DNA from: Acidobacteriota bacterium
GTDB taxonomy: Bacteria; Acidobacteriota; Vicinamibacteria; Vicinamibacterales; Fen-181
Assembly: GCA_021779795.1 (NCBI GenBank)
Contig: JAJXZZ010000001.1
Coordinates: 1 to 40,723 of the forward strand
Direction: 5' to 3'
DNA: 40,723 nucleotides
Part shown: piece after piece, positions 30,854-38,862 of the stretch
Position numbering within the stretch: the first letter of the stretch is position 1
Layout of the letters: every line of letters begins with the position of its first letter
The notes under the pieces: model-generated
The model's database searches: none
Seen by the model: only the letters and a program-made list of their open reading frames with translations
What the model was told of the DNA's origin: nothing
Program-made: the position numbers and the translations under genes

Positions 30854-31642
30854 TCAGTACGGCACTCGTATCGCCCGCGCGTGGGCGGCGCGCGTCCGCG
30901 CCTGCAGGTCGCGCAGGATGCGCAGTTCGTCGCCGGTGGGCGGCGCCACGACGTTCACGTGGGGGGCGACGGCGAGCGGCCATCCCGTGGCGGCGACGAC
31001 GCGCTCGACCGTCACGTCTTCGAACCGCTCCACCAGTTGCAGCTCTTCGGTCTCGGGATCGGGGCGGAGGATGCCGAGGTCCGTGATCACGGCCTGCGGC
31101 CCGGCCCCCGCGGCCCCGGCGCGCGCGCGCGCGCCGCGCCCCTCCAGGAACCCGGCGCTGCTGACGAAGTCCAGGCGCGGCACGAACGCGCGCGGCGTCT
31201 GCTTGAGGACGACGAAGACCTGCCCGGCGCTGGAGGCGATCTCGGGTGCGCCGCCCGCGCCCGGCAGCCGCGTCTTCGGGCGGGCGTAGTCGCCGATGAC
31301 GGTGCTGTTGAGATTGCCGAACCGGTCGATCTGCGCCGCGCCCAGGAAGCCGACGTCCACGCGGCCGCCCTGCAGGTAGTAGGCGAAGATCTCGGGCAGC
31401 GGCACCACGGCCGTGGCCGTGTCGGCCAGCTCCCCGTCGCCGATCGACAGCGGCAGCACGTCGGGGCGCGTGCCCACCGTGCCCGACTCGTAGACGAGCA
31501 CGATGTCGGGGGCGTGCGTGTGGCGGGCCAGGTTCGCCGCCGCCGACGGCAGGCCGATGCCGACGAAGCACACGCAGCCGTCCCAGAGCATCCGGGCCGC
31601 GGCCACCGTCATCATTTCGTCGCGCGTCCAGGGGGGCGTCAC
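30854..31642 (-). CDS. CoA-transferase subunit B (GctB / actinobacterial PcaJ-like)
   Basis: C-terminal part of track ORF 30854..33823. GTG start at 31642 (VTPPWTRDEMM) overlaps the subunit A stop by 4 nt (GTGA). Motifs GIGLPS, YESG, GAAQIDRFGNLN, LPGAGGAPE. Confidence 0.8.
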   Translation of the reverse strand: MTPPWTRDEMMTVAAARMLWDGCVCFVGIGLPSAAANLARHTHAPDIVLVYESGTVGTRPDVLPLSIGDGELADTATAVVPLPEIFAYYLQGGRVDVGFLGAAQIDRFGNLNSTVIGDYARPKTRLPGAGGAPEIASSAGQVFVVLKQTPRAFVPRLDFVSSAGFLEGRGARARAGAAGAGPQAVITDLGILRPDPETEELQLVERFEDVTVERVVAATGWPLAVAPHVNVVAPPTGDELRILRDLQARTRAAHARAIRVPY

Positions 31643-32511
31643 CGGGTCACCTCCATGGCATCCCGCGTCGAGGCGACGCCCAGGCTGCGCAGGAACGCGG
31701 CGTGGTCGCGCGTGCCGAGCACGTGCGCGTCGATCCACTGGCGGAACCGGTCGCGGTCGCGCGAGATCTCGTCCCACGCCAGGTAGAAGGCGTTGTCGCG
31801 CGCGTAGCATCCCTGGGCGTAGGACGGGTAGGCGCCGCCCGGCACGCACGCGACCGCGGTGACCAGCCAGCCCGGCAGCACGACGGCGTTCATCGGCGCG
31901 TCGAGCGCGTCCACCACCTGCTCGACCGTCACGACGAGCCGCCTGGCCGCCATCGCGGCTTCCTTCTGGGCGCCCAGGATGCCGCGCAGCAGCACGTTGC
32001 CGCGCCGGTCGGCCTGGACGGCGTGGAGGATCGTCACGTCTGGCCGCAGCGCGGGCACCGTGGCGATCGTCTCGCCGGTGTAGGGGCACGTGACGCTCTT
32101 CACCTGCGGGTTGACCCGCGGGAGGTCCGTGCCGATGTACCCGCGCAGCACGCCGAAGGGGAGGTTCGCGGCGCCGGCCGTGTAGGCGGCGGCCATGCCG
32201 GCGTGCGAGTGCTCGACGATCTCGAGCGGGCGCGGCCAGCCGTTCTCGACGGCGTCGCGCAGCCGGTGGAGCGACCCCACGCCCGGGTTCCCGCCCCACG
32301 AGAACGTCAGGGCGCGTGCGCAGCCCGCCCCGATCATCTGGTCGTAGACGAGGTCGGGCGTCATCCGGACCAGGTGCAGGTCGCGGCGGCCCTGCCGGAT
32401 GATCTCGTGGCCGGCGGCGAACGGGATGAGGTGCGTGAACCCCTCGAGGGCGAGCGTCTGTCCGTCCTCGACGTACCGCGCCACGGCGTCGTGCAGCGTC
32501 AGCAGCGCCAT
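31639..32511 (-). CDS. CoA-transferase subunit A (GctA / actinobacterial PcaI-like)
   Basis: 290-aa track ORF (MALLTLHDAVARYVEDGQTLALEGF...). Motifs HAVQADRRGN and the overall GctA-like layout. The start lies 3 nt after the upstream ALDH stop. Confidence 0.8.
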   Translation of the reverse strand: MALLTLHDAVARYVEDGQTLALEGFTHLIPFAAGHEIIRQGRRDLHLVRMTPDLVYDQMIGAGCARALTFSWGGNPGVGSLHRLRDAVENGWPRPLEIVEHSHAGMAAAYTAGAANLPFGVLRGYIGTDLPRVNPQVKSVTCPYTGETIATVPALRPDVTILHAVQADRRGNVLLRGILGAQKEAAMAARRLVVTVEQVVDALDAPMNAVVLPGWLVTAVACVPGGAYPSYAQGCYARDNAFYLAWDEISRDRDRFRQWIDAHVLGTRDHAAFLRSLGVASTRDAMEVTR

Positions 32512-32514
32512 CCG

Positions 32515-34083
32515 CTACTCCACCCAGGTCTGCGACTGCTCCCGCAGGTACTGCGGCAGGTAGTAGAACGAGCCGATCGCCTTGCCGGTGGATCCCGAGC
32601 CCTTCCAGCCGCCGAACGGCTGGTAGCCGGGCCACGCCCCGGTCGTGGCCCCCTGCGGCCGGTTCGCGTAGGTCACGCCGGCCTCGATGCGATCGAAGAA
32701 CGCCGCCACCTCGTCCTGGCTGCCGTAGCAGCCCGCCGTCAGGCCCAGCGTGGCGTCGTTGGCGAGCCGGAGCCCCTCCTCGAAGTCCTTCACGCGGCTC
32801 ACCATGAGGATCGGCAGGAACAGTTCCTCGCGGTAGAGCGGGTGGTCGGCCGGCGCCTCGGCCAGCGTGGGGGCGACGTAGTGACCGCGGGCGAAGGCTT
32901 CGCCCTCGAGGCGGCTGCCTCCGACGAGAATCCGCGCGCCGCCGGCTCGCAGCCGCTCGCAGCACGCGTCGAAGTCGCGGGCCGCGCGCGCCGAGATGAC
33001 GGGCCCCATGTAGTTCTCCCGCCGCGTGGGATCGCCGACGGTGAGCGCCCGGATCTCGGCGGCCAGGCGTTCGATGAACCGGTCGGCCACCGACGCCTCG
33101 ACGTAGATCCGCGACAGCGCCGAGCACTTCTGCCCGCTCAGGCCGTAGGCGGATCGCGACGTGCCCTTCACGGCGCGCGCGAGGTCGGCGCGCGCGGTGA
33201 CGATGCACGGGTTCTTGCCGCCGGCCTCGACGATGCACGGGCGCGGCCAGGAGCCCGAGGCCATGGCGCCGAAAATTCGCTGGCCCACGACGAACGACCC
33301 GGTGAACGTGGCGCCGGCCACGGCGGGATGGGTGACGAGCGCCTCGCCGACCACGCGGCCGCTGCCGACGACGTAGTTGAAGACCCCGGGAGGGGCGCCG
33401 GCGTCCCTGATGCACTCGGCGAGCAGCCGGCCGGCCCACGGGGTGTCGGTGGCGCCCTTCAGCACCACCGTGTTGCCGGTGACCAGCGCGGCCGCGGTCG
33501 GGCCGCCGGCCAGCGCCAGCGGGTAGTTGAACGGCGCGATGACGGCCCACGCGCCGTGCGGCTTGAGCACGCTGCGGTTGTGCGACTTCCAGCCCTCGAG
33601 CGGGTCGTCGGGCAGCCGGCGGTCGTAGCCCCCGTTGCGCTCGAACTCGTCGGCGTAGCCCCTGAAGAAGTCCGCGGTCTCCTGCGTCTCGCCGAGCGCC
33701 TCCATCCGGTTCTTGCCCACCTCGATGGCGAGTGCGGCGCCGATCGTGTAGACGCGCTCCTCGATGAGGTCGGCCACGCGGCGGGCGACCGCGAGGCGCT
33801 CGGCCGTGGGCGTGCGCCGCCACGTGTCGAACGCGCGGCGCGCCGCCGCGACGGCCGCCTCCACGTCGGCCGCGCCGCCGGACGGGAAGCGGCCGGTCAC
33901 CACCCGGTCGTCGATGGGGCTGGTTCGCGCGACGCCCTGCCCGGCCTCGACGTCCCGGCCGTCGATGTACATCGGGTGGGAGGCCCCGAGGCCCGCCTTC
34001 ACCTCGGCCAGCGCCCGCTCGAAGCGCGCGTGCATCTCCTCGGGCGGGTTGAACATCGTCGAATACGTGAGCTTGAACGTCAT
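32515..34083 (-). CDS. aldehyde dehydrogenase of the 1-pyrroline-5-carboxylate / amino-acid-semialdehyde dehydrogenase type
   Basis: Start at ATG 34083 (MTFKLTYSTMFNPPEE), overlapping the upstream stop by 4 nt (ATGA). Motifs VIAPFNYPLA, catalytic EAGGKNP and GQKCSA, and a C-terminal GSGSTGKAIGSFYYLPQYL tail like P5CDH. 522 aa. Confidence 0.82.
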   Translation of the reverse strand: MTFKLTYSTMFNPPEEMHARFERALAEVKAGLGASHPMYIDGRDVEAGQGVARTSPIDDRVVTGRFPSGGAADVEAAVAAARRAFDTWRRTPTAERLAVARRVADLIEERVYTIGAALAIEVGKNRMEALGETQETADFFRGYADEFERNGGYDRRLPDDPLEGWKSHNRSVLKPHGAWAVIAPFNYPLALAGGPTAAALVTGNTVVLKGATDTPWAGRLLAECIRDAGAPPGVFNYVVGSGRVVGEALVTHPAVAGATFTGSFVVGQRIFGAMASGSWPRPCIVEAGGKNPCIVTARADLARAVKGTSRSAYGLSGQKCSALSRIYVEASVADRFIERLAAEIRALTVGDPTRRENYMGPVISARAARDFDACCERLRAGGARILVGGSRLEGEAFARGHYVAPTLAEAPADHPLYREELFLPILMVSRVKDFEEGLRLANDATLGLTAGCYGSQDEVAAFFDRIEAGVTYANRPQGATTGAWPGYQPFGGWKGSGSTGKAIGSFYYLPQYLREQSQTWVE

Positions 34084-35384
34084 GACCACTCCGAGTCGCC
34101 GAGCAGGCGGTCGAGGACGTCGATCGCGCGGCGAAGATCCGTCTCTTCGATGACGAGCGGCGGGGCGAGGACGACGAGGTTGCCGCGCACGGCGAACGAG
34201 ACGCCCTCGTCGAGCGCGCGGCGGGCGAGAGCGGCGAGCGCGGGGTGCACCTCGGGCCACGGGCGAAGCGGCTCGCGCGTGGCGCGGTCCCTGACGAGTT
34301 CGAGGACGGCGAACAGCCCTCGACCTCCCCGAACGTCGCCGATGACCGGGTGGCGCGCGGCCAGATCCCGGAGCCGGCCGAACAGCCAGGCGCCCAGCGC
34401 CCGCGATCGCGCGATGAGGCCTTCCTCCTCGTAGGCGTCGATGGCGGCGACGCCGGCGGCGCACGCGAGCGGGTGGCCGCAGTAGGTCAGGCCGGTGTTG
34501 AGCGGCACCTGCTCGAGACGGCCGGCCACCTCCTTCGAGACGACGACGGCGGCAAGGGGGATGTGCGCGCCGGTCAGCCCCTTGGCGAGCGTCATCAGGT
34601 CGGGCCGCCCCTCTTCGCCGTAGCGCTGCCAGGCGAACCACTCGCCGCACCGGCCGAAGCCGCTCATCACCTCGTCGGCGATGAGCCAGACGCCCTTCTC
34701 GCGCGTCACGCGCCTGAGGCCGGGCCAGAAGTTGCCGGGCGCGACGATGCCGTTGGTGCCGGCGTCGGGCTCCATCAGGACGGCCGCGGCGTCGGGATCG
34801 GCGTCGAGGGCCTGGCCCACCGCCTCGACGGCCTTCGCGCCGCAGGCCTCGTCCGAGCGCGTGCCGAAGGGGCACCGGTAGGCGTAGGGGGGCGGCACGC
34901 GGCGCACGGGGAAGGCGGCGGGGTCGGCCTGGGCGCTGGTGCGGCTGTCGCCGCTCAGGGCCATGGCGGCGTAACTCGCGCCGTGGTACGAGCGGTCTCG
35001 GGTGACGATGGCGCCGCGGGGCCGGCCGAGGGCCTGGCGCGCGAACTTGACCGCCTGTTCGTTGGCGTCGGCGCCGCCGAGCGTGAAGAAGACGCGGCCC
35101 CCCTCGAAGCCGGACTTCTCGAGCAGCCGCTCGGCCAGGCGGGCGCGGGGCTCGGCGCCCCAGGCGGCGGTGACGAAGCAGAGGCGCGCGGCCTGCTCCT
35201 GGATGGCGCGGACGACGCGCGGGTGCTGGTGGCCGAGGTTGACGCACTCGGCCTGGCTGCTCATGTCGAGGTACTGGCGGCCGGACTCGTCCCAGAAGCG
35301 GGCGCCGCGCCCGCCGGCGACGGTGGGGGCGTTCCAGCCGGCCTGGACGCACCAGCTGTGGAGGACGGTGTCCCGCTCGGCCAT
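34080..35384 (-). CDS. class-III PLP aminotransferase, omega/beta-amino acid:pyruvate aminotransferase-like
   Basis: Start trimmed to ATG 35384 (MAERDTVLHSW), with AGGAG 5 nt upstream. Motifs GGADANEQAVKFAR, DEVMSGFGRCG, PLP lysine in TLAKGLTG. 434 aa. Confidence 0.82.
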   Translation of the reverse strand: MAERDTVLHSWCVQAGWNAPTVAGGRGARFWDESGRQYLDMSSQAECVNLGHQHPRVVRAIQEQAARLCFVTAAWGAEPRARLAERLLEKSGFEGGRVFFTLGGADANEQAVKFARQALGRPRGAIVTRDRSYHGASYAAMALSGDSRTSAQADPAAFPVRRVPPPYAYRCPFGTRSDEACGAKAVEAVGQALDADPDAAAVLMEPDAGTNGIVAPGNFWPGLRRVTREKGVWLIADEVMSGFGRCGEWFAWQRYGEEGRPDLMTLAKGLTGAHIPLAAVVVSKEVAGRLEQVPLNTGLTYCGHPLACAAGVAAIDAYEEEGLIARSRALGAWLFGRLRDLAARHPVIGDVRGGRGLFAVLELVRDRATREPLRPWPEVHPALAALARRALDEGVSFAVRGNLVVLAPPLVIEETDLRRAIDVLDRLLGDSEWS

Positions 35385-35394
35385 GTGGGCTCCT

Positions 35395-35409
35395 GTGCGA
35401 TAATCGCAC
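35395..35409. promoter_or_regulatory. perfect 15-bp palindrome GTGCGATAATCGCAC; candidate PcaR/IclR operator
   Basis: 7-nt arms GTGCGAT / ATCGCAC around a central A. It abuts the SD of the 8-gene operon, in the divergent control region shared with the IclR gene. Confidence 0.55.
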
Positions 35410-35412
35410 ATA

Positions 35413-35429
35413 AGTTCGTGTTGCGAACT
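35413..35429. promoter_or_regulatory. second inverted repeat AGTTCG-N5-CGAACT
   Basis: 6-bp arms, 3 nt from the first palindrome. It shares the (G)TTCG / CGAA(C) half-site flavour. Confidence 0.35.
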
Positions 35430-35484
35430 CATTAGAGATCCCCTACGCTAGGCTTGTCAACCGGCATCCCGGACGAGAACGCGC

Positions 35485-36291
35485 GTGCCGCCATCCGCCA
35501 CCGACCGCTTCATCGAGGGGCCCGACTACGTGCAGTCGCTCGCGCGCGGCCTGTCCGTCCTGCGGTCGTTCGACGCGGCCCACACGTCGATGACCCTCTC
35601 GGAGGCGGCGGCCCGGAGCGGCCTCGCCCGCGCCGCGGCCCGCCGCGCCCTCCTGACGCTCGCGCACGAGGGGTACGTGGCCGCCGCCGGCGGGCGCTTC
35701 CGCCTGCTGCCGCGCGCGCTCGAGCTGGGCTTCGCCTACCTGGCGTCGCTCCGGCTGCCCGAGCTGGCCCAGCCCGAGATGGAGGCCCTCTCGCGCCGCG
35801 TCAACGAGTCGTGCTCGCTCTCGGTGCTCGACGGCCAGGAGATCGTCTACGTGGCGCGCGTGCCCGTGCGGAAGGTGGTGGCGATCACGCTCGGCGTGGG
35901 CGCGCGGCTCCCCGCCTACGCCACGTCGATGGGGCGCGTCCTGCTCGCGGGGCTCCCGGACGACCGGCTCCACGCGTGGCTGGCCGCGTGCCGCCTCGCG
36001 CCGCTGACGCCCCGCACCATCCGCAGCCGCGCCGCGCTCCGCGCCGAGATCGCCCGCGTGCGCCGGCAGGGCTACGCGATGGTCCGGCAGGAGCTGGACC
36101 CCGGCCTCCTCTCGGTGGCCGTCCCGATCCGCGACCGGCGGGGCGAGGTGATCGCCGCGCTGAACGTCGGCACGGGCATCGGCCACGACGCGGCGAAGCG
36201 GGCGCGCAACCTGTTCCTGCCGGGCCTGCGCGCAGCCCAGGCCGCCGTCGAGTGGGCGCTGGCCCACCAGTTTCTCGCGACAGGGAGCTGA
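35485..36291 (+). CDS. pcaR: IclR-family transcriptional regulator, PcaR/PcaU subfamily-like
   Basis: 268-aa track ORF with a GTG start. YVQSLARGLSVLRSF, the HTH MTLSEAAARSGLARAAARRALLTL, and an effector domain with IVYVARV and ATSMGRVLLAGL are colinear with pca regulon regulators. Confidence 0.7.
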   Translation: MPPSATDRFIEGPDYVQSLARGLSVLRSFDAAHTSMTLSEAAARSGLARAAARRALLTLAHEGYVAAAGGRFRLLPRALELGFAYLASLRLPELAQPEMEALSRRVNESCSLSVLDGQEIVYVARVPVRKVVAITLGVGARLPAYATSMGRVLLAGLPDDRLHAWLAACRLAPLTPRTIRSRAALRAEIARVRRQGYAMVRQELDPGLLSVAVPIRDRRGEVIAALNVGTGIGHDAAKRARNLFLPGLRAAQAAVEWALAHQFLATGS

Positions 36292-36293
36292 CC

Positions 36294-37496
36294 ATGCGAT
36301 CCGCCTTTCTCTGCGCCGCGGTCCGGACGCCTTTCGGGCGCCACCGCGGCGCGCTCGCCCGCGTCCGCACCGACGACCTGGCCGCGTTCCCCATCAGCAC
36401 GCTCATGGCGCGGCTGCCCGCGGTGGACTGGGGCGCCGTGGACGACGTGCTGCTCGGCTGCGCGAACCAGGCGGGCGAGGACAACCGCAACGTCGCCCGG
36501 ATGGCCGCGCTGCTCGCCGGCCTCCCGCCCGGCGTGCCGGGCGCGACGATCAATCGGCTCTGCGCCTCGGGCCTCGAAGCCGTCAGCCAGGCGTCGCGCG
36601 CGATCCGCGTCGGCGAGGCCGACCTCGTCGTGGCCGGCGGCGTCGAGAGCATGTCGCGCTCGCCGTTCGTCCTCGCCAAGGCCGAGACGCCGTTCTCGAA
36701 GAACCAGCTGCTCCAGGACTCCACCGTCGGCTGGCGATTCGTGAACCCGAAGATGCAGGCGCGCTACGGCACCGACAGCAACGCGCAGACGGCCGAGAAC
36801 CTGGCGCGCGAGCGCGGGATCGCGCGGGAGGACCAGGACGCGTACGCCGCCCGCAGCCAGGCCCGCGCGGAGGCCGCCCGGCTGGCCGGGCGCCTGGCCG
36901 AGGAGATCGCCCCGATCGACGTGCCCGCCGGCCGCGAGGTGAGGCGGGTCGCCGCGGACGAGCATCCCCGGCCCGGCACGACCGCCGCGCAGCTCGCGGC
37001 GCTCGAGCCGCTGCTCGGCCCCGGCACGAGCCTCACGGCCGGCAACGCGTCCGGGATCAACGACGGCGCGTGCGCGCTGCTCCTCGCCTCGGAGCCGGCG
37101 ATGGCGCGCCACGGCCTCGAACCGATCGCGCGCGTCGGCGGCGCCGCCGCCGCCGGCGTCGAGCCGCGCGTGATGGGGATCGGTCCCGTGGAGGCGATCC
37201 GCCGGTTGCTCGACCGCGAGCGCCTCACCCTGTCGGACGTGGATCTGGTCGAGATCAACGAGGCGTTTGCCGCCCAGGTGCTGGCGTGCACGCGTGCGCT
37301 CGGCCTGCCCGACGACGCGGATCTCGTGAACCCGAACGGCGGGGCGATCGCGCTCGGCCACCCGCTCGGCGCGAGCGGCGCGCGCCTCTGCCAGACGGCG
37401 GCGCTCGAGCTCGGGCGGCGCGGCGGCCGCCGCGCCGTGGTGAGCCTGTGCGTGGGCGTCGGGCAGGGGCTGGCGGTGATGCTCGAGCGGCCCTGA
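36294..37496 (+). CDS. pcaF: 3-oxoadipyl-CoA thiolase / acetyl-CoA C-acyltransferase (PcaF/PaaJ type)
   Basis: ATG 36294 is 2 nt after the IclR stop, with a GGGAG SD. Motifs GCANQAGEDNRNVARMAALLAGLP, NRLCASGLEAV (active-site Cys), GWRFVNPKM, NPNGGAIALGHPLGASGARL, CVGVGQGLAVMLER. 400 aa. Confidence 0.85.
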   Translation: MRSAFLCAAVRTPFGRHRGALARVRTDDLAAFPISTLMARLPAVDWGAVDDVLLGCANQAGEDNRNVARMAALLAGLPPGVPGATINRLCASGLEAVSQASRAIRVGEADLVVAGGVESMSRSPFVLAKAETPFSKNQLLQDSTVGWRFVNPKMQARYGTDSNAQTAENLARERGIAREDQDAYAARSQARAEAARLAGRLAEEIAPIDVPAGREVRRVAADEHPRPGTTAAQLAALEPLLGPGTSLTAGNASGINDGACALLLASEPAMARHGLEPIARVGGAAAAGVEPRVMGIGPVEAIRRLLDRERLTLSDVDLVEINEAFAAQVLACTRALGLPDDADLVNPNGGAIALGHPLGASGARLCQTAALELGRRGGRRAVVSLCVGVGQGLAVMLERP

Positions 37497-37533
37497 GTCC
37501 TGGCGGTCGAACCTCCCTGAAAGGCGGCACCTG

Positions 37534-38862
37534 ATGGCCCCCGCGGCGGAACGGCGAAACCAGTCCTCGGTCGGTTTCTGGATGGCCACGGCTCTCGTGG
37601 CCGGCAACATGATCGGCTCGGGGATCTTCCTGCTGCCGGCGGCGCTGGCCCCCTTCCGCGCCGACAACCTCCCCGGCTGGCTGCTGACCAGCATCGGCGC
37701 CATCACGCTGGCCGCCGTCTTCGCCCAGTTGAGCCGGAGCATCCCCGGCGCGGGCGGGCCCTACGCCTACACGCGCGAGGCGTTCGGCGACCTGGCGGGC
37801 TTCTCGGTCGCCTGGGGGTACTGGGTGTCGATCTGGGTCGGCAACGCCGCCATCACCACCGGCGCCGTGGGCTACATCGGCGAGTTCATGCCCTGGATGG
37901 TCGCCACGCCGCTGAACACCGCCCTCTCCTCCCTCTTCTTCCTCTGGGTGTTCACGTTCGTCAACTGCGCCGGCATCAGGGCCGCGGGCTGGACGCAGGC
38001 CGTCACGACGCTGCTGAAGCTCACGCCCATCGTGGCGGCCGCCGCCCTGTTCCTGACGCGCGTCCCCTCGTGGGGGCAGGTGGCCGCGGCCCCCCAGCAC
38101 TTCACCCTCGGCGGAACCGCGGCGGTGGCCACGCTCGCGCTGTGGGCGATGCTCGGCTTCGAGTCGGCCACCGTTCCCGCCGACAAGGTGCGCGACGCGC
38201 GGCGGACGGTGCCGCGCGCGACGATGTTCGGCACCGTGCTGACGGCGCTGCTGAGCGCGGCTGCCTGCGGCGCCGTGCTGCTCCTCGTCCCGGCCGGCCG
38301 GCTGGCGGCCTCGACGGCCCCGTTCGCCGACCTGGCGGCCGACGTATGGGGCCTCGGCGCGGCGCGCGCCGTGTCGGTGTTCGCGGCCATCAGCGCCCTC
38401 GGCGCGCTCAACGGCTGGATCCTGCTCCAGGGCGAACTGCCGCGCGCGATGGCCCGCGACGGCCTCTTCATCCCCGCGTTCGCCAGGACGTCGAAGCGGG
38501 GCACGCCGATTGTCGCGCTGGTGGCGACGAGCGTGCTCGTCACGATTCTCGTGGCGCTCAACATCCGCCGCTCGCTCGTGGGCGTGTTCACCTTCTTCGT
38601 GCTGCTCGCCACGACGGCCAGCCTGGTCGCCTACCTGGCCAGCGCCCTGGCCCTGCTGCGCCTGTCGGCCGCCGGCCGCGCCGGCACCTCGCGGACCGCG
38701 CGGATCGCGTTCGGCACGCTCGGCGTGCTCGGGGCGATCTATTCGCTCGCGGCGCTGGCGGGCGCCGGGCGCGAGGCGGTCCTCTGGGGCGTGGTCCTGC
38801 TGGCCGCGGGGCTACCCGTCTACATGGTGCTGCGACGCAGGAGAGCCGTGGCGGATCGGTAG
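37534..38862 (+). CDS. APC-superfamily permease (basic amino acid/polyamine antiporter-like)
   Basis: 442-aa track ORF with 12 predicted helices and the signature VAGNMIGSGIFLLPAALA. It follows pcaF after a 37-nt gap. Confidence 0.85.
   Translation: MAPAAERRNQSSVGFWMATALVAGNMIGSGIFLLPAALAPFRADNLPGWLLTSIGAITLAAVFAQLSRSIPGAGGPYAYTREAFGDLAGFSVAWGYWVSIWVGNAAITTGAVGYIGEFMPWMVATPLNTALSSLFFLWVFTFVNCAGIRAAGWTQAVTTLLKLTPIVAAAALFLTRVPSWGQVAAAPQHFTLGGTAAVATLALWAMLGFESATVPADKVRDARRTVPRATMFGTVLTALLSAAACGAVLLLVPAGRLAASTAPFADLAADVWGLGAARAVSVFAAISALGALNGWILLQGELPRAMARDGLFIPAFARTSKRGTPIVALVATSVLVTILVALNIRRSLVGVFTFFVLLATTASLVAYLASALALLRLSAAGRAGTSRTARIAFGTLGVLGAIYSLAALAGAGREAVLWGVVLLAAGLPVYMVLRRRRAVADR

Noticed and set aside
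8181-35409. N-terminal extensions or fusions in track ORFs 8181..10694, 9554..11722, 9659..11698, 12316..13044, 12992..14017, 14676..16031, 15971..17791, 30854..33823, 32515..35409, 34080..35432 and 35454..37496.
   Set aside because: The extensions have junk composition or are translations of repeats or of neighbouring genes in another frame. Internal starts with SDs, signal peptides or domain boundaries (given in the feature list) produce proteins of canonical length.
38812-38862. 51-nt convergent overlap between the APC permease and the methyltransferase genes as a possible antisense regulatory arrangement.
   Set aside because: The methyltransferase family motif ends about 20 codons before the stop. 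The overlap is most simply a stop-poor tail in GC-rich DNA, and nothing structured is visible there.
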